This document shows, piece after piece, positions 1-10,519 of a DNA stretch of 64,000 nucleotides. The notes beneath the pieces are model-generated. The model searched no databases. It was given only the letters and a program-made list of their open reading frames with translations, and was not told where the DNA came from. Source of the stretch: Oligoflexales bacterium (GTDB taxonomy: Bacteria > Bdellovibrionota_B > Oligoflexia > Oligoflexales > CAIYRB01); contig JBGSUI010000218.1 of assembly GCA_041736175.1 (NCBI GenBank), forward strand, positions 28,905 through 92,904, in the 5' to 3' direction. Position 1 is the stretch's first letter. Each line of letters opens with the position of its first letter. The position numbers were made by a program, and so were the translations under genes.

Positions 1-631
1 AGCCTTCATTGGCCAGCTTATAGGCAGCCAGAGTGGCAAGGGCACCACCTAAACTATGTCCAGATATAAATAGAGGTTTGTTATACCCGCCAAATCGATT
101 GATCGCCGCTTCAATTTGAGTCCACTGGGACCTGAGAGCGTAAGCAAAACCAGCGTGAACTCTACCAGGGAGACCTAAAACATCTCCGTCGATCAGGGGT
201 AAGGCGGCATCGACCACCCAATCAGTAATCTCCGTCGATCCCCTAAAGGTTAAGACCATTCCCTTGGAGTTCCCCGCCAGAAACCCTTGGAGTCCCGTCA
301 CTGAGTCATGGAAAGCCTGATATTTAACAAATCCAGTGTTTCGGATTTCTTGATCAGTCGTCGACTGGTCTGATGTAAAAGACCGCATGGCCATCCACAT
401 CATCCAAAAAGCTGTATCGGAGTTGGCTGTTTGCTGGTCAGGAACAAAGTTAAAATCGAGGATTTCGTTTTCACAGGGTAGGTCCATACCCTTAGGAGCG
501 AGGCTGACTTGGGGGAGGGGAGATGGTACTTCGTCCGACAGTAATATTTCCGAAGCGGAGGCGCTAGCCCCCAAAAATATGAGCTGAAAGAGTAAGTAGA
601 CTCGGAGTCCAAAAAAATCCCCCCCAGCCAT
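1..631 (-). CDS. Secreted class 3 lipase (Lipase_3 alpha/beta hydrolase); 3' end runs off the window
   Basis: Not in the ORF track. Manual translation of the minus strand from ATG 631 (preceded by AGGGGG) is open to position 1. It gives a hydrophobic signal-like N-terminus, VLTFRGS, RVHAGF and the nucleophile motif ISGHSLGGALA. Confidence 0.88.
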   Translation of the reverse strand, partial: MAGGDFFGLRVYLLFQLIFLGASASASEILLSDEVPSPLPQVSLAPKGMDLPCENEILDFNFVPDQQTANSDTAFWMMWMAMRSFTSDQSTTDQEIRNTGFVKYQAFHDSVTGLQGFLAGNSKGMVLTFRGSTEITDWVVDAALPLIDGDVLGLPGRVHAGFAYALRSQWTQIEAAINRFGGYNKPLFISGHSLGGALATLAAYKLANEG

Positions 632-857
632 CCTGCCCCCTTATCTAATCCTATTGGATGGTTATCTTTATTTTATTATTTTATATGTGCTTTTAGAATA
701 CCTGAGTGTACCAGAGAGGTAAAGAGTTTTTAGCCAGCTGGCCAACTTTCTACACTATAACGCTTTGTTGCTAAACTTTCATCAAGGTGTCGAAACTGTA
801 GCGATCAAGAACTTCGAGATATTAATCCAACACACCGATATAATTAAAATACTAAAT

Positions 858-874
858 CTGGCTATGCCTTTGCA
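858..874 (+). promoter_or_regulatory. Putative sigma54 (-24/-12) promoter of the vWA lipoprotein gene
   Basis: CTGGCTATGCCTTTGCA has exact GG-N10-GC spacing in a TGGC...TTGCA context, about 60 nt upstream of ATG 936. Confidence 0.6.
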
Positions 875-935
875 TAGAATCCTCGTTAGGACCGGTCCTT
901 GGGATTATCCAAGTATCTCCGAAAGGAACTAATCT

Positions 936-2141
936 ATGCTCAATCAAAAATACCTGACTCTCCGCCTGTTGCTGCGATCCCTGATGGGGCCTTTTGTCTA
1001 CCTGATGGTTGCCTCAAGCTGTAATGATTCTGGATTTTCTGGAGACAACGGCAAAAAAGTAAAACAAGCCCTGCCTGCCCGACCCATACTTGAACCAGAT
1101 ACCCAGCTCAGCATTCCCTGCGTGGATGGCAAAGGCCAACTAGTCAAAAAGCTTTCGGGAGTCAACGACCCGGTCGTGGCCTTAGAGGGAGAATTCTGTG
1201 GTTCAGCACAGCTCTCCAGCGGGGCGCCGCTGACCGTCCTCTTTATCATCGACGGGTCGGGTTCCATGCGAACCAGCGACCCTACATCGGGTGGAAGCTG
1301 CGGTCGTTTAAAGGCGACCGAGCAGATTTTGAAAACCCTGAAGTCCTCAAGCGGCTCCCAAATCCAAGTTGCTCTCCATAATTTTGGCGACCTTTCCCAA
1401 TCCGTACTCGAACCCTCGCCGCTCGATCGCGCCAACTCACTCCTTAACCCTGGAACGCTCTGCGGATTCGGTTTCGGCGGTACCAATTACCAATCAGCTT
1501 TGACCAAAGCAAAGGAAACGCTCCAGTCGATCCAAGGCAAAAAAGTAGTCTACTTTATCACAGACGGAGCACCGTCCATGAGTGGTACCTCTGCATCCAA
1601 CCTCAATATCCCCCAGGCCAACATCAGAACCCAAGCTGATGCCCAAAGAATCCTTGGTCCCATCTATAACGCCGGCCTTACCGCGGCAGACCAGCTCAGA
1701 GCCCTCGACCAACTCTCCCTGTACACCCTATTCTTACAAGAGCCCGCCTCCGGAAGTCAAAATTCGTTAAATATTTACGCAGAAGATCCCGAAACCTACC
1801 TTAAAAAAATTGCGGGCGACCCCCAGAGATTTCGATTGGCGACCTCCGCCGAAGAACTCGCCGAAAAAATCGCTGAATTTGATGCCCCCACCGATCTAAC
1901 TTTAGAACCTTCAACCCTTGTGGCAACCCTGGAATCTACGGGATTTGCATCGAAAACTATCAAAATCAAATCGTTGGTCCCTACCGACAAACCAGGTATT
2001 TGGCGGTTTGTTTCCGAGCCCTTTGTCCTTAATACCCGACCCGGTCAGTCACTGCTTAACAGCATTACCCTTACGGTCAAAAGCTCAGACGGCCAAACAC
2101 TCGAAACTGTTGCTAAAATAGACTATCTCAAAGAAAATTGA
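936..2141 (+). CDS. vWA (MIDAS) domain lipoprotein
   Basis: Lipobox-like VASSC; MIDAS motif FIIDGSGSM, GTNY and FITDG; RBS AAAGGA. Confidence 0.85.
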   Translation: MLNQKYLTLRLLLRSLMGPFVYLMVASSCNDSGFSGDNGKKVKQALPARPILEPDTQLSIPCVDGKGQLVKKLSGVNDPVVALEGEFCGSAQLSSGAPLTVLFIIDGSGSMRTSDPTSGGSCGRLKATEQILKTLKSSSGSQIQVALHNFGDLSQSVLEPSPLDRANSLLNPGTLCGFGFGGTNYQSALTKAKETLQSIQGKKVVYFITDGAPSMSGTSASNLNIPQANIRTQADAQRILGPIYNAGLTAADQLRALDQLSLYTLFLQEPASGSQNSLNIYAEDPETYLKKIAGDPQRFRLATSAEELAEKIAEFDAPTDLTLEPSTLVATLESTGFASKTIKIKSLVPTDKPGIWRFVSEPFVLNTRPGQSLLNSITLTVKSSDGQTLETVAKIDYLKEN

Positions 2142-2326
2142 GGGTTCCCCCTTAAAAACTTTTCTGGTTTAGGTAGCCATCCCTATTTGGCACCCACAAT
2201 AGACTAATATGACTATATAATTTAAATTTGTTTATATCTCCCTTTAAGCTTGACGATAAGACTTGTACTAGAGGATTTCGTTCGTAATGTGTAAGTCGAA
2301 TGAACCCAAAATAGGGAGAGTCTACA

Positions 2327-4672
2327 ATGAAAGTGTCCATCAACAAAATAAGTCCATTTTTGATTTCTTGTGTACTGAGTTTAACGTTTGCTAACTGTGC
2401 AAACGACACCCATTTTCAATCTAATCCTGGAAAACTGGCAGATACCCAGACGGGGAATGACGCCATTCCATCCGCCCCCCCCCAGAAATCAGTCATCGAT
2501 GATGGTGGACAAAAAGTTAATCCAACTCCCGAACTGGAAAACAAGTTAGACCAATCAGTCGTTAGCGATCCCGTCGAGGTTGCCACACCTATGGCCCCCC
2601 TCAACGGGAGCGTCATTGCCATAGCAGATGGCATCGAGGTTCCGCCACCTAAACTTCCAGATCTTCAGTCCCTAAAGAGTGACTTCCCAGCATCTAAGAA
2701 AATGACTGGTAACCTTAGTTTTAATGCGGAAGAAAAGTCTTTTTCAACCCAGATCGAACTCAAAAATCAATACTCTGACGAGAAAAACAGTTTTACCCAG
2801 ATCCAGCGCCCCTCGATCACCGATACCTTTAAGCAGGGAAACCCAGGGACACCCAAGGCTGAGACCTTTAACCAAAAACAGTTAGGAATCGTCGATATCC
2901 AAGTGGTCATCGACAATTCGGGATCGATGGGAGAGGAGCAAGACAAAGTCAAAACCAAGCTTCCAGATCTTCTTAAATTTATTGGCGATAGCAACTGGCA
3001 AATCAATGTCGCGACCACCGATCCTAACTTTTTTAACGGCCAAAGACAGTGCTCCCAAGAAGGGGTTATCAAAAAAGGTGAGGCCGACGCACTCACCCGG
3101 TTTACCAAAGCCATCAGTGCTGGGACTGCTGGGTCCGGAACTGAAAAAGGGATCATGATGGCTGTCGAAGGCCTAAGATGTCCCCAAGCTAACGGTTGGG
3201 TGCGGCCTGGCTCAAAGGTCGTGGTCCTGATCGTTTCTGACGAAGACAACTGCTCCGGTATAAATGAACCTGATCAGAGACTTAGATGCCCAGGTGCTCC
3301 AGAAGAATCTCACACTTATTTGACCAATTATTTAGCTTCCACTTTAGGCCGCCCCCTCATCACCCACTCTCGGGTCTACGGGATCTACAGAAAACCTGGA
3401 GATGCGACTTGCTTGACAGCCAGAAACGAAGCCGCCATCTATCAGAGGGCCGTGCTCGCCACGCGAGATCCCGCCAATCCCGGAACCGGCTACGAGGGAT
3501 CCATCTGTGATGGCGACGCGGGTTATACGACGACTTTCCAGTCGATTTCTCAAGATATCTCAACTATTCTTGACACATCATTCCAGCTGGCAAACAAACC
3601 AGATCTAGCTTCCCTGGTCGTGACAGTTGATTCCGTGACGATCCCAAGGCTTAACGGTGCTGGTGAAACCAACTGGGAGTTGGACGCAGCCACCCAAAAA
3701 CTCCTCCGATTTGTCAAATTTGTTCCCTCTGCGTCTGCTGAAATCAAAGTCACTTATACAGTAGGGGCCACAACCCCCCTCCTCAGCGAGTTTAAACTCT
3801 CTAACACCCCGACCAATGATCCAAACGCCCCCTTGGTCGTTTACGTGAACGGCGCCACCGCGACACTTGATGTGGATTATAAGTTTGATGCCGCTAGCAA
3901 CTCCGTGAAGTTTCTAAAAATTCCCGCAGCCGACGCCGACGTAAAAGTCGTCTACAAAAAAGCAATGAATCTGACCACTCTCTTTAAGCTTTCTAAACCC
4001 GTCGCTGATGGCTTTAACCCCGCAGTCCAAGTCAACGGCAAGCCTGAAACCCAGTTTACCTACGACCAAAAAACATCTGAAATAGCTTTTGCAACTCCAC
4101 CAGCCGACGGATCTGCCATCGAAGTCAGCTATAAGTCTTTGGTAGGACCCATAACCTCCTACGACATCTCGCTCAACGGCACCACCATCAAAGACCTATC
4201 GATCACCTACGCTAAAAATAACGGACCAGTGATCGGTGCTAAACTCGAAAAAAATACCCTGATCGTCAGTGAAATCGGTTTTGTTGCGGGCGACAAAATC
4301 AATATAAAGTACTTTAACGAGGCTTCAGGAGTTATAAGCCTTAAATTGCCTAAAATACCTTTACCTGATTCTATTGTGGTAGCCTCGACCGAAGGCACCT
4401 GTAGCTATGTGCTGTCCGCGGCGAAAGATGAGGTAACCCTCGACTGTACGGCATTAGGCGCAAAAACGGTCAACGTCCAATGGAGTTATTTTACTGAGGC
4501 TGAGACCAGTTTCTCCCTCCCCCAAGTGATGCGACCTGATACCGGCACTTGGAGTGTTGCGATTGATGGAAAACCCACCACAGATTTTAAACGAGATGGT
4601 CGAACCATCGTACTCAACACACCGCCCCTTCAAACCTCTGTGATCACCGTAGGCTATATGGAAGGTTCTTGA
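2327..4672 (+). CDS. vWA (MIDAS) lipoprotein with about six C-terminal beta-sandwich repeats; putative adhesin
   Basis: Lipobox FANC; VIDNSGSM, GTEKG and VSDED; repeated ~60-aa units (V.VNG...F.YD....I.F...P..G..I.V.Y). Confidence 0.85.
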   Translation: MKVSINKISPFLISCVLSLTFANCANDTHFQSNPGKLADTQTGNDAIPSAPPQKSVIDDGGQKVNPTPELENKLDQSVVSDPVEVATPMAPLNGSVIAIADGIEVPPPKLPDLQSLKSDFPASKKMTGNLSFNAEEKSFSTQIELKNQYSDEKNSFTQIQRPSITDTFKQGNPGTPKAETFNQKQLGIVDIQVVIDNSGSMGEEQDKVKTKLPDLLKFIGDSNWQINVATTDPNFFNGQRQCSQEGVIKKGEADALTRFTKAISAGTAGSGTEKGIMMAVEGLRCPQANGWVRPGSKVVVLIVSDEDNCSGINEPDQRLRCPGAPEESHTYLTNYLASTLGRPLITHSRVYGIYRKPGDATCLTARNEAAIYQRAVLATRDPANPGTGYEGSICDGDAGYTTTFQSISQDISTILDTSFQLANKPDLASLVVTVDSVTIPRLNGAGETNWELDAATQKLLRFVKFVPSASAEIKVTYTVGATTPLLSEFKLSNTPTNDPNAPLVVYVNGATATLDVDYKFDAASNSVKFLKIPAADADVKVVYKKAMNLTTLFKLSKPVADGFNPAVQVNGKPETQFTYDQKTSEIAFATPPADGSAIEVSYKSLVGPITSYDISLNGTTIKDLSITYAKNNGPVIGAKLEKNTLIVSEIGFVAGDKINIKYFNEASGVISLKLPKIPLPDSIVVASTEGTCSYVLSAAKDEVTLDCTALGAKTVNVQWSYFTEAETSFSLPQVMRPDTGTWSVAIDGKPTTDFKRDGRTIVLNTPPLQTSVITVGYMEGS

Positions 4673-4714
4673 AGGCGAATTATCTTGTAAATCTTCGAGA
4701 TTTTTGGTTGATTG

Positions 4715-4738
4715 GGGGTCCTTTTAAAGGGCCCCTTT
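4715..4738 (+). terminator. Possible intrinsic terminator after the vWA gene
   Basis: GC-rich hairpin GGGGTCCTT-TTA-AAGGGCCCC followed by a short TTT run. Confidence 0.4.
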
Positions 4739-4775
4739 AAGGGTTCTGCATAGCCGATCGATCTAGGAGGTTTTG

Positions 4776-5513
4776 ATGTTACGTGCCCATGGACGTTCCT
4801 CGGGACAAATGAGACCCTTGCGAATCACCCCCCATTACACCAAAAACGCCCATGGCAGTGTCTTAATCGAACAGGGTGAGACCAAAGTCATTTGCACAGT
4901 CTCGGTCGAAGATGGAGTTCCACCCTTTCTCAGAAATTCCCAGCCACCCCAGGGGTGGCTGACCGCAGAGTACTCGATGCTCCCAGGGTCTTCTCAGCAG
5001 CGCGTCCGGCGCGAACGGGGCAACAACCTATCTGGTCGTACCCAAGAAATCCAGAGACTTATCGGACGGTCGCTGCGCGGTATCATCAACCTCAATCGTT
5101 GCCCAGATTTGACGTTTGCCATCGACTGCGACGTGATCCAAGCAGATGGAGGGACCCGCACCGCCTCCATCACTGGTGCCTATGTGGCTTTAAAACTAGC
5201 AGTCCAAAAACTCCTCCGATCTGGAAAGCTCCACCACAATCCCCTCTCTGAGGCCGTGGCGGCCCTTTCCATCGGCATCAAATCCGGCCAAATACTCGTG
5301 GATTTAGACTATGAGGAAGACTCTTCCGCAGACCTCGACATGAATGTCGTCATGATGCAAAATGGCAAGATCCTTGAGATTCAAGGGACTGCAGAGCGTC
5401 ATTCCTTTAGCAAAGCTGATGTGGTGCGGATTATGGATGCTGCCGAAGAAGCCATCGGTATGATCTTTGACCTGCAACATCTCGCCGCAGACGGTCAGAT
5501 TGCGGAATCCTAA
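4776..5513 (+). CDS. rph: Ribonuclease PH
   Basis: GWLTAEYSMLP, SGRTQEIQRLIGRSLR, DCDVIQADGGTRTASITG and DLDYEEDS motifs; AGGAGG RBS favours ATG 4776. Confidence 0.97.
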   Translation: MLRAHGRSSGQMRPLRITPHYTKNAHGSVLIEQGETKVICTVSVEDGVPPFLRNSQPPQGWLTAEYSMLPGSSQQRVRRERGNNLSGRTQEIQRLIGRSLRGIINLNRCPDLTFAIDCDVIQADGGTRTASITGAYVALKLAVQKLLRSGKLHHNPLSEAVAALSIGIKSGQILVDLDYEEDSSADLDMNVVMMQNGKILEIQGTAERHSFSKADVVRIMDAAEEAIGMIFDLQHLAADGQIAES

Positions 5514-5535
5514 GTCTGACCGTGGGCTCGAAGCG

Positions 5536-6918
5536 TTATCCGGCTCGATAAAGCTCAAACAGTCGTTGTCCCATACCAGCCATGTAGATAGGCAGCGAAT
5601 GCAACCTAAATTTAATGGGCTGCCCGTCTGTGATGACTTGGAAATCTCCCTGTGAAGGGGGATTGAGATCGAAGCGGAGCGCTGCGGAAAGGTTTTTTTC
5701 AAAAAGAAATCGATGCAGACTCTTCATGGCACCCGTTTTTCCCGACTTAACCTCCACAGGCAAAATCAAGTCACCGACTGTTAACATATAGTCCACTTCG
5801 GCGGCGCTATTTTTTTCGTCCCTATGCCAAAAAAACAGCTCAGGTGGTGCAATGCCTTCGTCACCAAAGAGCAACTCCTGGCCCACAAACTGCTCGGCAA
5901 TTTTGCCTTCATCGATGAGGCGGGTATCATCAAGTTTTGACAAGGAGGCCCAATCAACACCACAGCGCCGATTCATAAGTCCCACGTCTAGAAAAAGGCA
6001 TTTAAAAATCTTGTGATTGGCATGGGAAGCGAGCGGCATTCCATTACAAGAGCTACTGACAATTCTTAGAATAACCCGTGCCAAGGACAAAATATCTAGG
6101 GATTTCTTTACACTTTCGGCCTTGTCTTCTGACGAAATTTTGGAATATTTTATCTTTTGCCCCACATGAAAAGGAATATAGTCAAAGCTGTTACGCAGGA
6201 TCCTTAAGGTTTTTGCGTCGATTTTGGTACCATATTTAAAAAAATCGTCTCGAAAGGTGTCCACAATATACTGCTGGGCAGCCTGGACTTCCTTTAGGCT
6301 CTTGGTATGCACATAAACACTCACGGCTTCGGGCATACCACCAACGGCCAAAAACTCGCGGGTTAAGCTTAGGAGTTTTTTATGGGTGATAGGATTTACA
6401 GAATCCCCGAGGCGGAAATCTTCAAGCTGCCCCCTTAAAGCTTGGTGTCCCAGAGCATCAAGGAATTCTTGAAATTTCATGGGTCCCATATGGAGAAACT
6501 CTATGCGCCCGACGGGCATACTGTGAGAGTATTCGGCAAGCACAAACTCAAGTAAAGAGCCCGCCGCGATGACCGGTATATAGTCGCCCGTCTGATCGAA
6601 AAAAAGGCGCAAGGCCGCAAGACCCGCAGGGGTCGCTTGAATCTCATCAAAAAAAATCAAACTGTTCTTGGCGTGGAATGGCTTATCACAGATCGCCTCG
6701 ACAGCTTTGAGGATGCCGGAAAAATCTTTTCTTGAAAAAATATCGTCCATCTCAGGATAATTTTCTAAGTTGATTTCGAAGAGATCGAGCTTCTGCTCAG
6801 CGGCAAAGTTTCGCACTAAAGTGGATTTCCCAACCTGCCGGGCCCCCCGGATCACTAGGGGCTTAGGGCGAGCTTTAGAAATCCACTTATCAAGTCGTAA
6901 TTGCTGAACTCTCCTCAA
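5536..6918 (-). CDS. AAA_14 ATPase with C-terminal DUF4143 (PD-(D/E)xK-like) domain
   Basis: Walker A GARQVGKST, Walker B FFDEIQ, GGMPE, FLDVGL and EVDY...PVEVKSG. Confidence 0.9.
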   Translation of the reverse strand: MRRVQQLRLDKWISKARPKPLVIRGARQVGKSTLVRNFAAEQKLDLFEINLENYPEMDDIFSRKDFSGILKAVEAICDKPFHAKNSLIFFDEIQATPAGLAALRLFFDQTGDYIPVIAAGSLLEFVLAEYSHSMPVGRIEFLHMGPMKFQEFLDALGHQALRGQLEDFRLGDSVNPITHKKLLSLTREFLAVGGMPEAVSVYVHTKSLKEVQAAQQYIVDTFRDDFFKYGTKIDAKTLRILRNSFDYIPFHVGQKIKYSKISSEDKAESVKKSLDILSLARVILRIVSSSCNGMPLASHANHKIFKCLFLDVGLMNRRCGVDWASLSKLDDTRLIDEGKIAEQFVGQELLFGDEGIAPPELFFWHRDEKNSAAEVDYMLTVGDLILPVEVKSGKTGAMKSLHRFLFEKNLSAALRFDLNPPSQGDFQVITDGQPIKFRLHSLPIYMAGMGQRLFELYRAG

Positions 6919-7053
6919 TTCTTGTCCTTTTTTGCAGCCTCAAAAATCTATCGATCAGATAAAAGACAAGGTTATTTTATCAAGATTAGGATATTTTACA
7001 ACCATCTTTAGACCACCAAGGGCAGGGGCTTACAGGCTCGAGCCCCGTAGCCC

Positions 7054-7713
7054 TCACCAAAGCAAGACATAAACAAAGAGAATAATACCAGCAATTAAAA
7101 AGGCGATGGTGATTTTAGAGACCCAATTGGTTTCAAGCTTCTGATTCATGAGTCCAAAAGTGTCATCCAGTCGTGTGACTTCTTCTACAGAAAAATGACT
7201 CGCTGCTGGGGAGCCATGTTCAGGAGCAGGTCCCTCTTCTAGGTTGCTGCTGGCTCTAACCTTGGAGGTACTGGAGGGCTTGCCTAGTCCCCGCTGGGAA
7301 GGGGAGGTTGTTTCCTCCTTATGGAAAGGAATCTCGTAGTCTTTTTCAAGAGAAAGAGACGCACCTTCATGGGACTCGTCCCCGTTACCTTTATCGCCCC
7401 AATCCGCCCCTCCAACTCCCTCTCCTTTAGCCACTCCATCCGAAGCACGATTCCCCTTAAATTGAGCATAACCGCTTCCTTGGGAGGCCGCCCCGTCGTG
7501 GCCAGAAGGGGGCGACTGGTCTCGCCGTTCTCCTGGGACATGGAGTTGCCCCGTCCTCTCGATGCCATCCTCGCTGAAGACCGTTTTGCTAAATTGCCTG
7601 TTAGGTTTTTCTGCTTTAGGAAAATGGACATCCACGGCTCCATGGACGAGCAGCAGGACCCGAGAGACGACAACCTCTTCGGACGAAGGAGTCAAATCAA
7701 GAATTCTACTCAA
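7054..7713 (-). CDS. Hypothetical, largely disordered protein with a single C-terminal TM helix
   Basis: Probable TTG start overlaps the secA stop (TTGA). Body is G/S/E-rich low complexity; C-terminus [19 protein letters not shown]. Confidence 0.65.
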   Translation of the reverse strand: MSRILDLTPSSEEVVVSRVLLLVHGAVDVHFPKAEKPNRQFSKTVFSEDGIERTGQLHVPGERRDQSPPSGHDGAASQGSGYAQFKGNRASDGVAKGEGVGGADWGDKGNGDESHEGASLSLEKDYEIPFHKEETTSPSQRGLGKPSSTSKVRASSNLEEGPAPEHGSPAASHFSVEEVTRLDDTFGLMNQKLETNWVSKITIAFLIAGIILFVYVLLW

Positions 7714-10391
7714 GGATTTTTTACTCCCGCTTGTTCTGACACGGGGGTCCCGTGGCATTTTTTAAATTTTTTACCCGACCCACAGGGACAGGGATCATTT
7801 CTACCTATTTTATCGAGTTCCCGTTTAAGAGGTGACATAGACCCACGAGGTTCTGGCTCCATAGATCTCCGTGATCCATGGTAGATAAGGTCATTCTTGG
7901 CAGGTCCGTTGCCTTCACTCCCATGAGAGGAACCTCCATTTTGGTCCGGGCGATCGCCATTTGCCAGCGAAGCCGCCTCTGGATGTTTAAATTCCAAATC
8001 TTCCTCATCATAGGCTTCTTCGGACTGGGCCGGAATCGCCGCTTGGTCAGGAATCTCCACGGTCAAGAGAGCAACAACGGTTTCATCGTGAATCCGACCC
8101 ATAAGTTCTTCAAAGTATTTAAAGCCTTCTTTTTTGTACTCCTGGAGAGGGTCTCTTTGACCATAGCCTCTCAAACTAACGCTATCTTTAAGGGCATCCA
8201 TCGCTTGCAGATGGTTTTTCCATGCGCGATCGATGATCTGGAGATAGATCCATCTTTCGAGTCGCCCCACATGATCCTTGCCGATTTTTTCGAGCTTACC
8301 ATTGTAGAAATTAAGCAGCTGGGTGTTCACCGTTTCCACCAAATCGCCATTCGTCGCGTGTTCTGCCTGACTCCTGTCCAGTTTGATCGGAGTATGAAAC
8401 TGATTGGCTAAAGCCTCTTCAAGAGCTTCAAGATTCCAAGATGTCCCTCCCGTACTCTGCGGGGAATGCTCTGTCACAACAGTGCTTGCCAGGGATTTGA
8501 TTCCATCTTCGACAAAATCAAGACGCTTATCCCCCGCCAACGCTTCCCGCCTCAGGGAGTAGATCACCTGGCGCTGTTGGTTCATCACATCATCGTATTC
8601 CAAAAGGTGCTTGCGGCTTGAAAAATTCTGCTCTTCGACTCTTCGCTGGGCTCTGGCAATAGCCCGCGTCACCATCGGAGCTACGATCGCTTCACCTTCT
8701 TTCATCCCTAGTCGTCCCATGATCGAGGACAATCGATCGGACGCGAAAATACGCATCAGGTCGTCTTCTAAGGATAAGAAAAATTTGGACATCCCTGGGT
8801 CACCCTGCCGCCCCGATCGCCCCCTTAGCTGGTTGTCAATCCGTCGGGATTCATGTCGCTCGGTGCCAATTACATAAAGCCCGCCGACCTCCTTTACACC
8901 TTCGCCCAAAATAATATCGGTACCCCGACCAGCCATGTTGGTCGAAATCGTCACTTGTCCCTTTTGCCCAGCTTGCTTGATGATATCCGCTTCTCGTGCG
9001 TGATTTTTAGCATTGAGGATTTCGTGGGGGATATTCCTTTTTTTCAACAATGAGGCGAGAAGCTCTGATTTTTCTACGGATACGGTCCCCACCAGAACAG
9101 GCTGTCCCTTTAGTTTAGCCTCGGCAATCTCATCGGCAATGACATTGAATTTTTCCCGAGCGGTCCGGTAAATCACATCGTCAGAATCCAATCGAATCAT
9201 GTTTCGATTGGTGGGTATACAAACAACATCAAGATTGTAAATCTTTTTAAATTCTACTGACTCGGTATCTGCGGTACCTGTCATACCTGATAATTTTTCG
9301 TAAAGTTTAAAGAAATTCTGGAAGGTAATCGTCGCTAAGGTCTGGGTTTCCTGTTGCACGGGCACGTGTTCTTTTGCTTCGAGAGCACCGTGTAACCCAT
9401 CGCTATAGCGCCGCCCTGGCATCAGTCGACCGGTATGCTCGTCAACAAGAATTACTTTGCCTTCTCGCACCACATAATCGACATCCTTTTTAAAAACGAT
9501 ATGGGCTTTGAGCCCCTGATTGACATGATGGAGGACATCGATATTGTGTGGGTCATAAAGGTTTTCGACCCTCAGTCTTTTTTCGAGCTTGGAGATTCCA
9601 TCTTCGGTAAGAGCGACGGTCCTCGACTTTTCATCAAAAATATAGTCGCTATCTTTTTGCAGTCCAGGCAGGGCGGCATTGACCCTCACATAGGCTGATG
9701 TGTCAGACTCAGAGGGCCCAGATATAATAAGGGGCGTTCGTGCTTCGTCGATTAAGATCGAGTCGACTTCGTCCACGATCCCAAAATAGAAGGGACGTTG
9801 GACCATACGCTCCATTTCGGTTTTCATATTGTCCCGAAGAAAATCAAAACCAAACTCGTTATTAGTCCCATAGGTGATATCTGAATGGTAGGCTTCCCGT
9901 CGCTGGGTGTCAGAAAGCCCATGAATGATGACCCCAGTCGTTAGCCCTAAAAAACCATATATTTTGGACATCCACTGGGCATCCCTTTGGGCCAAGTAAT
10001 CGTTCACCGTCACCACATGGGAACCGCGGCCTAAAAGGGCGTTTAAATAAGTAGGCGCTGTTGCGGTCAGGGTTTTTCCTTCACCGGTTCGCATTTCGGC
10101 GATCTTGCCTTCATGGAGCACGATTCCACCGATAAGCTGAACATCAAAATGCCGCTTTCCATCGACTCGAAAACTGGCCTCACGGACCACGGCAAAAGCT
10201 TCGGGCAGTAATTGGGCCAGGGTCTCACCCTTTGCAAGCCTTTCTTTAAACTCGGCGGTCTTCCCAGCTAACTGCGCATCGCTGAGGGGCTTAATAGTGC
10301 TTTCCAGCTCGTTGATCTTACTGACAACACTGCTGATTCTCTTTATTTCCCTATCATTTTTGCTGCCAAATAGTTTTTTTAAAATTTGCAT
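7710..10391 (-). CDS. secA: Preprotein translocase ATPase SecA
   Basis: [49 protein letters not shown] and C-terminal [22 protein letters not shown]. Start moved to [10 protein letters not shown]. Confidence 0.98.
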   Translation of the reverse strand: MQILKKLFGSKNDREIKRISSVVSKINELESTIKPLSDAQLAGKTAEFKERLAKGETLAQLLPEAFAVVREASFRVDGKRHFDVQLIGGIVLHEGKIAEMRTGEGKTLTATAPTYLNALLGRGSHVVTVNDYLAQRDAQWMSKIYGFLGLTTGVIIHGLSDTQRREAYHSDITYGTNNEFGFDFLRDNMKTEMERMVQRPFYFGIVDEVDSILIDEARTPLIISGPSESDTSAYVRVNAALPGLQKDSDYIFDEKSRTVALTEDGISKLEKRLRVENLYDPHNIDVLHHVNQGLKAHIVFKKDVDYVVREGKVILVDEHTGRLMPGRRYSDGLHGALEAKEHVPVQQETQTLATITFQNFFKLYEKLSGMTGTADTESVEFKKIYNLDVVCIPTNRNMIRLDSDDVIYRTAREKFNVIADEIAEAKLKGQPVLVGTVSVEKSELLASLLKKRNIPHEILNAKNHAREADIIKQAGQKGQVTISTNMAGRGTDIILGEGVKEVGGLYVIGTERHESRRIDNQLRGRSGRQGDPGMSKFFLSLEDDLMRIFASDRLSSIMGRLGMKEGEAIVAPMVTRAIARAQRRVEEQNFSSRKHLLEYDDVMNQQRQVIYSLRREALAGDKRLDFVEDGIKSLASTVVTEHSPQSTGGTSWNLEALEEALANQFHTPIKLDRSQAEHATNGDLVETVNTQLLNFYNGKLEKIGKDHVGRLERWIYLQIIDRAWKNHLQAMDALKDSVSLRGYGQRDPLQEYKKEGFKYFEELMGRIHDETVVALLTVEIPDQAAIPAQSEEAYDEEDLEFKHPEAASLANGDRPDQNGGSSHGSEGNGPAKNDLIYHGSRRSMEPEPRGSMSPLKRELDKIGRNDPCPCGSGKKFKKCHGTPVSEQAGVKNP

Positions 10392-10519
10392 CAGTTCTAC
10401 TCGAGTGGCGATGTTTTTAGGGGACAGGTGGGGTAACCTATCGTGGCCCCGATTCATGGACTATATATCGGCAAAAGGTATCTGGAAAGTAGCTTACTCG
10501 CCGGCTTTAGCAAGGAACC

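Noticed and set aside
387..612. Short ORFs 387-587 and 400-612 from the track
   Set aside because: They overlap the real lipase frame (minus strand, start 631), which the track omitted because it lacks a stop within the window.
5536..6918. AAA_14/DUF4143 gene as a defence system
   Set aside because: It belongs to a widespread, often multi-copy stand-alone family; there is no partner gene or other supporting evidence here.
7019..7054. GGGGCT...AGCCCC hairpin as a REP or mobile end
   Set aside because: It is a single copy with no similarity to the GTAGTTCAC ends; at most a weak terminator-like stem.
7284..8411. Long alternative ORFs (7284-7673, 7321-7884, 7878-8411) and similar antisense ORFs throughout the track
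   Set aside because: They are shadows of well-supported genes on the opposite strand or in another frame, with no motifs or RBS.
10392..10457. N-terminal extensions of SecA, and likewise of IleS, GlpD, ABC-F, GH9, GH5 and LplA, in the ORF track
   Set aside because: These are longest-ORF artefacts; downstream starts fit the family N-termini and in most cases a visible Shine-Dalgarno.
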